This document shows, one piece after another, positions 23,151 through 33,168 of a stretch of 35,765 nt of DNA. Under the pieces are notes generated by a model. That model worked only from the letters and a program-made list of their open reading frames with translations. It had not been told where the DNA came from and did not search any database. The DNA comes from Octopus bimaculoides. Lineage: Eukaryota. Numbering within the stretch: the first letter of the stretch is position 1; every line of letters starts with the position of its first letter. A program made the position numbers and the translations under genes. The stretch covers positions 69,462,406-69,498,170 of the forward strand of contig NC_068981.1 of the NCBI RefSeq assembly GCF_001194135.2. The letters are read 5' to 3'.

Positions 23151-24359
23151 CAGTGGCGCCATTTAATTTAAGAACGTTAGTATACCAACGTTAACATGAC
23201 ATTTTGCATATATTCAACTTTTAAATTGTGGATTAAGATGTATATCAAAATTAAAGAAAAATTCACAAGATTTAATATGGTATGCGGCTTTATAGCGTAA
23301 CGTCAAAATATTAAATTTAAATGAAAGATTTATCTTAATTACCGTAATTTATAGAGCCATTCAATTTAAGAACGATTTGTAAAATTTCAGTTTTTTGCTT
23401 TAAAAAGATTATTTTGAGATAAAAAAAAAAAAGAATATCAATAATAAATTCACAGAATCAGTATTTGGTTGGGTATCTAAAATTACTTAATACAGCTTTG
23501 CATCTGTGAAGCATAGAAATGTTAAGAATATTTATCACTGTTACGGCCATTTTTTTGTCTCTGCTATTTCAGTACAATTTTACGCATTCGTGAAACATCA
23601 GACATAAGTAAAACATAGTGTTTTTAGCCTTTTGAAAGCAGGTACCAGATGTGTGTTCGAGGTGGGGATATGGGCATTGAATGTTTCTTGAAGATAAATA
23701 ACACTTTAAAAGAAAATATATTTCCCAGATTCGTAATTTCTGTATTTTTCTACGTGGATAAAAAAATCGTAAAAGGGTTACAGATTACGAAATGGTGGAG
23801 CGGACGGTGAAAAACTAAAATGTTGAAACGTGACTCCTGGGCAACATAGTATAAACCTACATTATATGATGAAACAATACATAGTTTGTTTTAGTTCACA
23901 AGAACAGGAAGCACTTTCATGCAAACCCATGCAAATTGTAGCATCCCCTCACCTTCACTTTTAAACAAACAATTACGCCAGTAATCCTGTTCACTATATA
24001 TCAGCTGTCCTGCACGCCCATAAGAAAGGAACAAATATTACTATATGGTTGCATTGATAGTTGATATATATTAGTATTCGTCGATTTCAAATATATTTTT
24101 TTTTCATATGCTATTCCTAATATAATATCCACTGTATTAAAAGACTCCATACCAGTGTGTGATTTCGTCAGTTCGAATAAAGTTAAGATTAATTCTGCAT
24201 TCAAAATACAACCGGATGCAATTTGAAATGACAGTCGCTATTCCCGTCATGTTGTCAAATAAAATAATGTTATACACACGTGCATGAATACATGTAAACA
24301 CGCACGCGCATCACACACATACACACAACAAACACTCACACACAGAAATACACATACAC

Positions 24360-24386
24360 ATAGATAGATAGATAGATAGATAGATA
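24360..24386. repeat. (GATA)n microsatellite; a similar degenerate tract lies at 24538-24576
   Basis: Seen directly. Confidence 0.9.
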
Positions 24387-24595
24387 ATTTATTAAAATTA
24401 ATGTAGATTGTCTCAAGCAATGTTTGCCTTCGTTTGATTTCTGTAGTTATCACCAGTGTATTTTTGGCGATTTAGTAACGAGATTTGACTGTTATTTCAA
24501 GCATGTAGTCATACTTAGTATGTCCTTTGATTAATTTTAGATAAATAGATAGCGAGATAGGGAGATAGATAGATAGCGTGAGCCGTATATACATA

Positions 24596-25795
24596 CACAT
24601 GACAGAAGTAAATAGACATGTGTATACTCATTCAAATTTCTTGAAATCTGAAATTAGACATTCAAATTATTTTTAATTGTTATAATTTGATTATTTAAAA
24701 TTTAAGAGTCATGCCCTTTGCATGTTTCAATGCAAGGACCATATTAGGCATGTTACGAATCAAATGATGAATATTCCGTTGCAGAAATTCTTGGCAAGAT
24801 TCATGCACTAATCTCAAAATATCTGACTTCGGAGATGCTTTCTTGTTCTTCTTTATGAAGTATCCTGTTCATTATGCCCCAGAAGCGTTCAATAGGGTTC
24901 ATATTTGGTGATTGGCTCGGCCATGGAAGCTTTTTAATGCCATTCTCATCCAACAAATCTTGGGTCATTTTAGCCGCGTGATAAGAAGCTCTTTTTTAAT
25001 CATTTCACCACTAGAGAAGTTAGTACGGATTCCTTTCTGCAATATGGACATATATCTATCAGAGTTTATGCTTCCCTCACACACCATCAGCTCTGATAAA
25101 CCATTGACCCAAGTTGCTCCCCAGACCATTACAGAATAGCTGCCGTATTTCATTGTTGGCTGCAATATTTTCATATCAAATACTTGATCACAGAGTCTCC
25201 AGACCCACACTCTAACACTGTCAGGAAATACAGAAAATCTGGACTCATCAGAGAATATAACAGTTTCCCAAAATAGTAGTGGCGTCTCCACCATCTCACT
25301 GGCCCAATCTTTTCTCCGCTTGATGTTGTCCTGTCGTAGAAGTAGATTCCCTCTTGCTGCTCTGCCATAGTAAGCAAGTATGTGGAAATATCCGACAGTT
25401 GTTCTGAGACTGACAACAACTCGTTCTGCTATGTCAAAGGCCTTGCAACGAGGATTATCTTCTACAATTCTCCGTCAGAGGGCTTTTGAACTGGGCCTTG
25501 AACTGGGCGAGGTGATATGGACTCCTCCCTTTCTCTGGGCAGTTGCACAATTTCTTTATTAACTGTAGAAAGCAGCATCCCAAGGTTTTCTGCTATTTTA
25601 AGCTACGTACCTCCACCTTCAGAATGACCCACAATACGACGCCTTTGAAATTCAGACAGTCCCAAGGCATGAGTAAATAATCTCATATGCAGGCTGAAAC
25701 ATAGAAACGTCAATTAATAAAAAGTATAAACCAATACAAGTTAGAATAAACATAAAGCGGTGTTTTATGGGTTGTCTACTTACTTCTGTCGTGTG
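24596..25795 (-). mobile_element. Decayed Tc1 (DD34E) transposon, 1.2 kb
   Basis: 23-bp TIRs cacatgacagaagtaaatagaca vs rc cacacgacagaagtaagtagaca (21/23), with TA at 24594-95 and 25796-97. Confidence 0.96.
24700..25670 (-). pseudogene. Tc1 transposase pseudogene
   Basis: WETVIFSDESRF..VRVWVWR..QPTMKYGSYSVMVWGA..GSINSDRYMSILQKG, then LPWPSQSPNMNPIERFW after a frameshift that removes the second catalytic D region. Confidence 0.95.
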
Positions 25796-26623
25796 TATAT
25801 ATATATATATATGTATGTATATTCATTTCAACAGATACCCTGCAGATTTCAATGTTGGTTTAATGCTTTGGAAAGATGTATGTGAATATGGTAACAAACT
25901 TAAGTAAATATTCGCAAATTTAAACACTAAAACATTAGACTAGTGTTCGTTTTCCCGTGATGGTGGCTATAAATCTGCAAAATATTATCAAAATCATCTC
26001 CACATAAATATACATATTCTAGAATATTTAAGTGTAAATGTTTGCACATATCCAATAGCTTTGATATTTTCAATGATGTACTTTCCTTTCCACAGAAACA
26101 AAAGTAAACAATCATAGTAATAAACATAGTAAAAAAAGATTAAGATTGAGTGAGCGTAAATTGCCGTCGGGGTTGGGAACAATTATGCTAATATCAATAC
26201 CGTTGTTTGTAACAAGGAAGCTACCTAACATTCACGTATGAACTACTAAAGGAAGAAAGAGAATATTTGTAGACATGTTTGTAGTGTCATCAGCAGTGAT
26301 GTTTTTATTATGTTAATGATTAAATGTAAAACACAAAGCTGAGAATAATGTACCTGGAGGTGGTGAAAATTTCTGGCTTTAAGGGTATCGCGAAGGCCTG
26401 GTAGGAATCCCAGGGCTTAGAAAAGCTAAATAACTGCTGCAACGAGTGAATGAATCAGAGAGAGAAATATGTTGAACCAATTCTTAATTAACTGATGCTC
26501 CTATGCATTATTTTACCCAAAGCCAGAAGTTCATCAGCAACCCCTTCATATAGATATTAGTAGGTGTTTTTGTCTGTTACAATGTGTGGAAACTAAAATG
26601 ATTAGAATGCGGAAGGCGTAGGT

Positions 26624-26839
26624 TAGCCATTCAGAAAAAAAAACACAAAATCTGTCAGCTTCACAATAACATCTATTTTTGTAATATGATGTCAAAGTTT
26701 TCGCCGCGCCACATTGAAACTTGCTCACTAACAACATTGTTGCAATGCATGTCAAACATGTTGTTATCTACCAGGTCGCGCTTTAAAGCGGCGAAAGTTT
26801 TGACACCATATTACGACCAATAAATATTCTGAATGGCTA
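26624..26839. repeat. Bipartite inverted repeat (MITE-like remnant)
   Basis: Outer 13-bp perfect IR (26624-26636 / 26827-26839) and inner 27-bp IR at 24/27 (26681-26707 / 26788-26814). Confidence 0.8.
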
Positions 26840-26959
26840 CCATATGTCGTCAAAGCTGCAATCATGAATACATACATCAATGCATACATGCATCATACAT
26901 ACATACACACGCACGCACATATTCGTTAATTCTATTATTTTTATAGATTTGAGCACAAG

Positions 26960-27540
26960 GTTGTGACCATTGGCATTTTGTCATTTCCTTTTGATGAAGG
27001 AAGGAGTTCGATATTGCCGCCTTCTTTCATGTTTCTTGCAGTGATGTAAGTTCATCTGTGATCTTGGACAGTAGGAGTTGAGTTGTCTCTTGAAATCATC
27101 TACTCGTACTCCAACTAGATCTCGCAGGTTTTTTGCAAGGTATCAAATAACCGTGGGCACTTGTATCCCGAACCATTTCAGTACATGTTCCCTACTCTAG
27201 ATGGCATGACTGGGGCATTTGTATCAGTGTAGATACCTCTAATACGAGACTGGCATAGCACTCCATGCCAAAGTTTGGTACAAAGACTTCAGGATCTTCC
27301 AAGCGCATAACACTGCGAATCTCTCACGTCCTCGATCCAGGGACTACAGTCGTGGCTCTTTCTGTCTCTCCTAGTGTTGTAGCAGTTCTACCATTGATGT
27401 AATGTTCCTGGTGTTGTACGGCTGAAATACCTCTAATTCTGCTGTAAAATCGACACTATGGGGTAACTACATTTGTGAGCTGTAGACTAAATGGCTGAGA
27501 ACAAATGTCCTCCATAAAAGTAGTCTAGTGTCCTGGTCTT
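26960..27540 (-). mobile_element. CR1-like LINE ORF2 3' fragment (decayed)
   Basis: RERFAVLCAWKILK..VPNFGMECYA, then PRLFDTL and KNLRDLVGVRVDDFKRQLN, matching the CR1-type C-terminus (GPRLFNxLPxxIRxLxGxxVxxFKxxLD). Confidence 0.8.
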
Positions 27541-27888
27541 TGTTCTGAATGTTTTAAAAATACATCTGGCCATTCACCTGCTTACTGTCACCATCTTGGT
27601 GATAAGCGTGTGAAACGATGAACAAAGAAGGGAAAAAAGCGAAAAAAAGAAAGAGAAAGTAAGGGAGAGAGAGAAACAAAAGAGACTGAGAGAAAGGCTG
27701 TCTTTTGAAATGGTTGGAATTGTTTTCTTATTGTTAGTTGTCATGCTACACAGCTTTAACAAGTAGTCTTTCTTTGGGATGGTTTAAGTTGATTACAATT
27801 CAAGATGTCAATTTAATTTTAGTCATTGTTGTATAAGTTGTCATTTTATCCAGCTATATGAAACATAGATTCTAGGTTATTAAATAAA

Positions 27889-27899
27889 TGTGTGAGTGT

Positions 27900-27936
<37 letters not shown>

Positions 27937-27945
27937 TGAGTGTGT
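27889..27945. repeat. (TG)n microsatellite
   Basis: Seen directly. Confidence 0.95.
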
Positions 27946-28432
27946 GCCTATGTGTGTGCGTATGTTGTATGTTACTTGCGTTAAGTGAATTTTTCCACTG
28001 TCTGTCTTTCCTATACTATTTATTTCCTGTTCTTTTTCCTTTTTGTCCCTCTAGCCAACCCTCCAAACGTTCACCACTCACACATGCAGACACACATGCA
28101 CACAAAAACACACTCACACGTATATACGTACGTACACACACACACGCTCACACATATATGCACACACATTTTTATTCGCACATATAAATTAAAAATAACA
28201 AACAAATTCTCTTCCAAACTCAAATCCAGTTTTCAACTAAATTTCATATAAGTTAAAGGACAAATATTTTTCTGTAAAAATATCATTCTTTATCAATTTC
28301 TGAAAGATTGAATTGCTAAAAAACAAATACATTCAAAATTCTGATTGCCTGCCTTTTGTTGAGAATCCAATAACATCCATTAATCGATTAAGTTTCTTCC
28401 TAATTTTCTTAAGCTTCGTAGAAATAGCGTAA

Positions 28433-28712
28433 TGAGCCCTGTTTATAGAAGTACTATACATTTTATCTATATTTTATCATACCTTGATACTGTATGGGCT
28501 TAGAACAGTTTATAAAAGTAATTTACATATTACCTATACATTATCATACCTTGATACCGTGAGGACTTAGCCCATTTTAGAAAATATTATACACGTTACG
28601 AATACTAGATCATACCTTGATACTGTGTGGGCGTAACTCTCTTTTTAAAAGTAATGTACATGTTACTTATACTTTATCATACCGTGATGCTGTGATGTCT
28701 TAGCCCTGTTTA
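28433..28712. repeat. 66-67-bp minisatellite, ~4.5 units
   Basis: atcataccttgata-type anchors at 28476, 28543, 28609 and 28676; a solo partial unit near 28938. Confidence 0.9.
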
Positions 28713-29560
28713 TATTTTGTTTCCTCTTTTTCATATTGTTACATTTACCTACTGTATATTTATTCCAAACACCCTTTCAGTTTCATAAAGCATTTACTTC
28801 AGCTGACTAATCTTTTGTTTCAAATTGTTACATTGTGGCCACAGATATTTTCCCTCCATATTATATTGACGAAGTTTATTAAATATTATACATAATATAT
28901 AATATTTATAAATTTTATACATGGTACGTATACTAAATAATACCTTGATATTGTGTAGGCTAAGATCCCCATGAACAGGCCACTGATGTTTAAAATAAAT
29001 TGATAACACTAAGTGTTAACTCTTACGGTGTGCAAATTAGTCGCTCCAGTTGCTGTGGTTTAATTTGTTAACACATTTATTCCCATTCTGTTACTGCTAT
29101 TCATGGTCTTTTTCTCATAAGGTCCGGTTTCCTGGTCTCATTGGCGTATAGGTCCCCCACATCATCGGGTCACAATTATTTTACTATGAGAGTTTCGGAC
29201 CCTAGTTATGAACACATTTGCATATAGCCAATGAGAGCTCAACTATCAAGCTAGTGTCCACTTTGTCACGAACATACTCTGGCTAAGTTCAGTGGAAAAT
29301 GCGCGTTATAGCAAAATCTAACTGTTCGAAACGGGTTAATAGGGGTGACAAATGCGAAATTTAGTGTATAAAGTGAATGGGGAGCTGCTCACCGATAATG
29401 CCATAAGTGTTGCCAATTTGCGTAATTTACTAGAAATTGTAAATGAGTGTAGTCTCTTAATGTTTTCACTGATTTTGTACATTCCTAATTTAAAATGTTG
29501 GTGTTGATCTGGAAACATTGTAATCAGTATGGTGTTGTGTCGTATTGCGCCTTCCTTGCA

Positions 29561-29600
29561 TATATAAATGGGTACGTGCGGTATCACTAATCTCAGTCTG
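29561..29600 (+). promoter_or_regulatory. Candidate TATA + Initiator core promoter
   Basis: TATATAAA at 29561-68 and TCAGTC at 29593-98 (A+1 = 29595; TATAAA starts at -32). Motif-only evidence. Confidence 0.35.
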
Positions 29601-29789
29601 AGCGTAGGTAACTAATGTTAGCTCTATATAGAGATGGTGCTCACTTGATTTATGAGGATGGTGGAGGGGTATGTGGTGCTTATGTGAGACTTGCTATGCT
29701 GTACTCACAGAGTAGCATACACCGTTCTATGCCTGACTGACTGACTGTACTGTAGCTGTACACAGTTTGTGGATTTTCAAGGTGAGCTC

Positions 29790-29811
29790 TGATTGGCTGT
29801 ATGCAAATGAG
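29790..29811. promoter_or_regulatory. Adjacent CCAAT box (reverse) and octamer ATGCAAAT
   Basis: tGATTGGctgtATGCAAATgag seen directly; function is inferred. Confidence 0.4.
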
Positions 29812-29893
29812 TTCATTACTGGGAAAACTCTCGTGGAAAAAAAAAAAAACACTATCACGGACAGGACGATGCTCCGTCGCAGGTGTCCTGCTA

Positions 29894-30078
29894 GATACAG
29901 GAGGAAAGAGTGAGAGAAGGATGCGACGAAAGTGTCGGCAGGCGTTCGCCATTACCTTCTGCCGGAGCCGCGTGGAGCTTATGTATTTCGCTCATAAACA
30001 CAAACATCACACGGTCCGAGATTCGAACACGCGATCCTTCGACCGCGCGTCCGCTGCTCTAACCACTAAGCCATGTGC
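29894..30078 (-). mobile_element. tRNA-derived SINE, family B (5' half, older copy)
   Basis: The reverse complement aligns with the head of 30118-30496. Confidence 0.85.
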
Positions 30079-30117
30079 CAATACATTTCGCATTTACCTA
30101 TTGTATATTTATTCCAA

Positions 30118-30496
30118 GTGGAGGTGCAATGGTCTAGTTGTTAGGAAGCGGATTCGCGGTCGTAGGATCGCAGTTTCAATTCCCCGACCGGGCGTTGTGA
30201 GTGTTTATTGAGCGAAAACACCTAAAGCTCCACGAGGCTCCTGCAGGGGGTGGTGGCGAACCCTGCTTTCTCCACAGCTTTCTCTCACTCTTTCTTCCTG
30301 TTTCTGTTGTACCTGTATTTCAAAGGGTCAGCCTTGTCACACTCTGTTTCACGCTGAATTTGTCCGAAAACTACGTTAAGGGTACACGTGTCTGTGGAGT
30401 GGCCAGCAATTTCAAATTAATTTCACGAGCAGGCTGTTCGTTGATCGTATCAACTGGAACCCTCGTCGTCGTAACCAACGGAATGCCAACCAACCA
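30118..30496 (+). mobile_element. Full-length tRNA-derived SINE, family B, with 11-bp TSD
   Basis: tRNA-like head gtggaggtgcaatggtctagttgttagg...gtttcaattcc and a (ccaa)n tail. TSD atttattccaa at 30107-30117 and 30497-30507. Confidence 0.95.
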
Positions 30497-31160
30497 ATTT
30501 ATTCCAAACAAACTTTCTGTTTCATAAAGCATTTACTTCAGCTGACTAATCTTTTGTTTCATATTGTTACATTGTGGCCACTGATATTTTAACTCCATAT
30601 TTTATTGACGAAGTTTTCTTCTTCGTTCACTGTTTGGTTATGTAGTGTAAAAATGTCTTCATTTCCTCACGATTTCTACATTTTACATTTTATAAATATG
30701 TTATTTCAACAAGAAATGTCGTCTTTAAATTTAAACAGTTATCATTCCAAGTTGTTATATTGTTTAGGCAACTGCATCAAAGTATACATCTTTAGTTTAA
30801 GCATGATCAAATAATACGCTTCGTAATTTTAGCATTTGTCTTTACTTGCACTTGGGAGTTTACAGAAATCACGTGTTTATATAACGTTTTGTCATTTCAT
30901 ATGTCGTATCTGGGCAACTGTATTTGTCAACATTTTAATACATCAATAACCAGATATAAAGAGTATTAACATTTAGCAAATAAATCAGCATACCACTTAC
31001 ACAAGTATGAGTGGTATAATTTATTGGTTGATATCAATATCAAATGATATTTTTCGGACTATGAAAAAAAAGTGCTACTCGGTAAAACCAGACCTCTCTC
31101 CTTTCTGTATGAAACCTATCTTCCGTAATTATTTCCAGTTGCTGTGTGTTTTACGCCACT

Positions 31161-31262
31161 ATCATCATCATCATCATCATCATCACTTCGGTAGCAGCAG
31201 CAGCATGTCAACAACATTACTAGCAATATAAGAAGAAGCAGTAGTAGTAGTAGTAGCAGTAG
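31161..31262. repeat. (CAT)n, (CAG)n and (GTA)n trinucleotide tracts
   Basis: Seen directly. Confidence 0.9.
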
Positions 31263-31307
31263 TTCTTACCAACAATCTGACCGCTTTGTAGCACAAAGAT
31301 GACAATG

Positions 31308-31715
31308 GCACAGGAGTGTCTGTGTGGTAAGTAGCTTGCCCACCAACCACATGGTTCCGGTTTCAGTCGCACTGAGTGGCACCTTGCGCAAGTGTCTTCT
31401 ACTGTAGCCTCAGCCAACCAAAGCCTTGTGAGTGGATTTGGTAGACAGAAACCGAAAGAGGCCTATATGTGTGTGTGTGCATGTATGTATGTATGTATGT
31501 ATGTATGTATGTGTGAGCGTTTATATGTCTATGTTTGTCCCCTCACCATCGCTTGACAACCGATGCTGGTGTGTTTACGTCCCCGTAACGTAGCGGTTCG
31601 GCAGAAAAGACCGATAGAATAAGTGCTAGGCTTACAAAGAATAAGATTCGTTCGACTAAAGGTGGCGCTCCAGCATGGCCGCATACAAATGACTGAAACA
31701 AACAAAAAATAAAAA
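31308..31715 (+). mobile_element. CORE-type SINE, family C, with internal (TATG)n tract and 3' tail
   Basis: Head and core at 31308-31463, microsatellite to ~31525, 3' body ending in an A-rich tail. Confidence 0.88.
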
Positions 31716-32019
31716 GAAACGAACAAGAATGCAATATCAGCTTGATTATTTTCAGACCAAGCGTCACAGAATATACAATGCAATGCGATGCATTAAATAC
31801 ATATTCGTTTTCTGAAAGAGAGATCGTATACGATTATATAACATATCAAAGCAGCTTTTTCTTCACTTCACAGTTCTAGCAATATGATGCAACGAAGGAC
31901 AAAAGGAAACCGAATTCTGCATTATCGTTACACTCGGTTTGTTGATGATACTAAAAGAATACGTTTTGTAGTCGTGTTTGTGAGTGTTAATGTGTAAGTG
32001 CGTGCATCTGTTGTTTGAC

Positions 32020-32248
32020 TATGTATGTATGTATATATGAATGTGTGCATGTATGTATGTATGTGTTTATGTATGTATGTATGTATGTATGTATGTATGT
32101 ATGCATGTATGTGTATATGTATTATGCATATACATATATATATATATAAATATATAGATGCACACACATATACATGGAGACATACACATGTATGTATAAC
32201 TAGAAACATAAAAGATATATATATATATACATCTATATTTGCATGAAT

Positions 32249-32300
<52 letters not shown>
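32020..32300. repeat. Compound (TATG)n/(TA)n/(TG)n microsatellites
   Basis: Seen directly. Confidence 0.95.
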
Positions 32301-32303
<3 letters not shown>

Positions 32304-32449
32304 CGTATATGGGTATGTGTGTTTGCGGGTGTGTGGAAGCGTGTGTGTAGGAGATTATGTTTACCTAGATATATGTAGGAATTGTATTTATCTCCGAATA
32401 GTTTTTCTGTCGGAGCCGAAGCAATTAGTTTGTTGAAAATGTCTTGCAG

Positions 32450-32656
32450 GTGTCTAAATGCACAAACGCCACTAAGCGTCCGGGACACAGCAGCGACCCT
32501 TCGTTTATTTCTCGGCAACTCTTTATACCTATTTAAAGATATGTTTCTGTACGTCTTAGATATTTTTTTCTGTCTGATTGAACATATTTCTACTGTTGCT
32601 GCTGTGTTCATACTGAGTAAATCTCGAAGTTTGATAAAAGTTCTTGTTTGTTACTT
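32450..32656 (+). other. Candidate spliced exon (207 nt, frame-preserving; coding status unknown)
   Basis: tgtcttgcAG|G acceptor, CTT|GTAAGT donor, one frame open throughout; product not recognised. Confidence 0.3.
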
Positions 32657-33050
32657 GTAAGTTCGATTCAAACCAATTTATAACTTTATACACATATAGA
32701 AAACATATAAAGAAACACATATATGTATAAGCTGAATAACAAGGAAAAACGAGTTACGTAATCACCGTCATTTTCTGACAGATATTTTTCTCTTATAAGA
32801 TAGTGCACGACCACAGCTGAGCGCCAGTGCATCGTTATATAGCTTCCTCGCAGACTTCGTTTTAAATTCTGGAAGGAATATATATAATGATGCACAAGCT
32901 CTCAGCTCTTACTACACTATTTCCTATATGAGAAAGAAACAATATCCATTACTCAATATCTTGAAAAATCCTAACTTCAGTCCCATATCACAGATATAAC
33001 AAAATATGCTATATATCCATATATACACATACACATATGTATGTATATAT

Positions 33051-33168
33051 GTGACTGTGTGCTAAGAAGTTGCTTCGCAAACGCATGGTTCTGGGTTCAG
33101 TTCCACTGCGTGACACCTTGGGTAAATGCGTTCTACAATAGCCACGAGCAGACTGAAGCCTTGTTGGT
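33051..33168 (+). mobile_element. CORE-type SINE, family C (truncated, decayed)
   Basis: gcatggttctgggttcagttccactgcgtgacaccttgggtaaatg aligns with 31308-31463. Confidence 0.8.

Noticed and set aside
24146-24187. 42-nt minus-strand AG/GT-bounded open segment
   Set aside because: Two frames are open and neither is recognisable; expected by chance.
26350-26420. Possible mariner-type terminal remnant
   Set aside because: No matching second TIR or internal coding sequence found.
28433-28712. Regularly spaced repeats resembling a CRISPR array
   Set aside because: The spacers are homologous to each other, there are no cas genes, and the context is eukaryotic; this is a minisatellite.
30118-30190. 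tRNA-like sequence
   Set aside because: It is the head of a multicopy SINE with TSD and tail, and the cloverleaf is degenerate.
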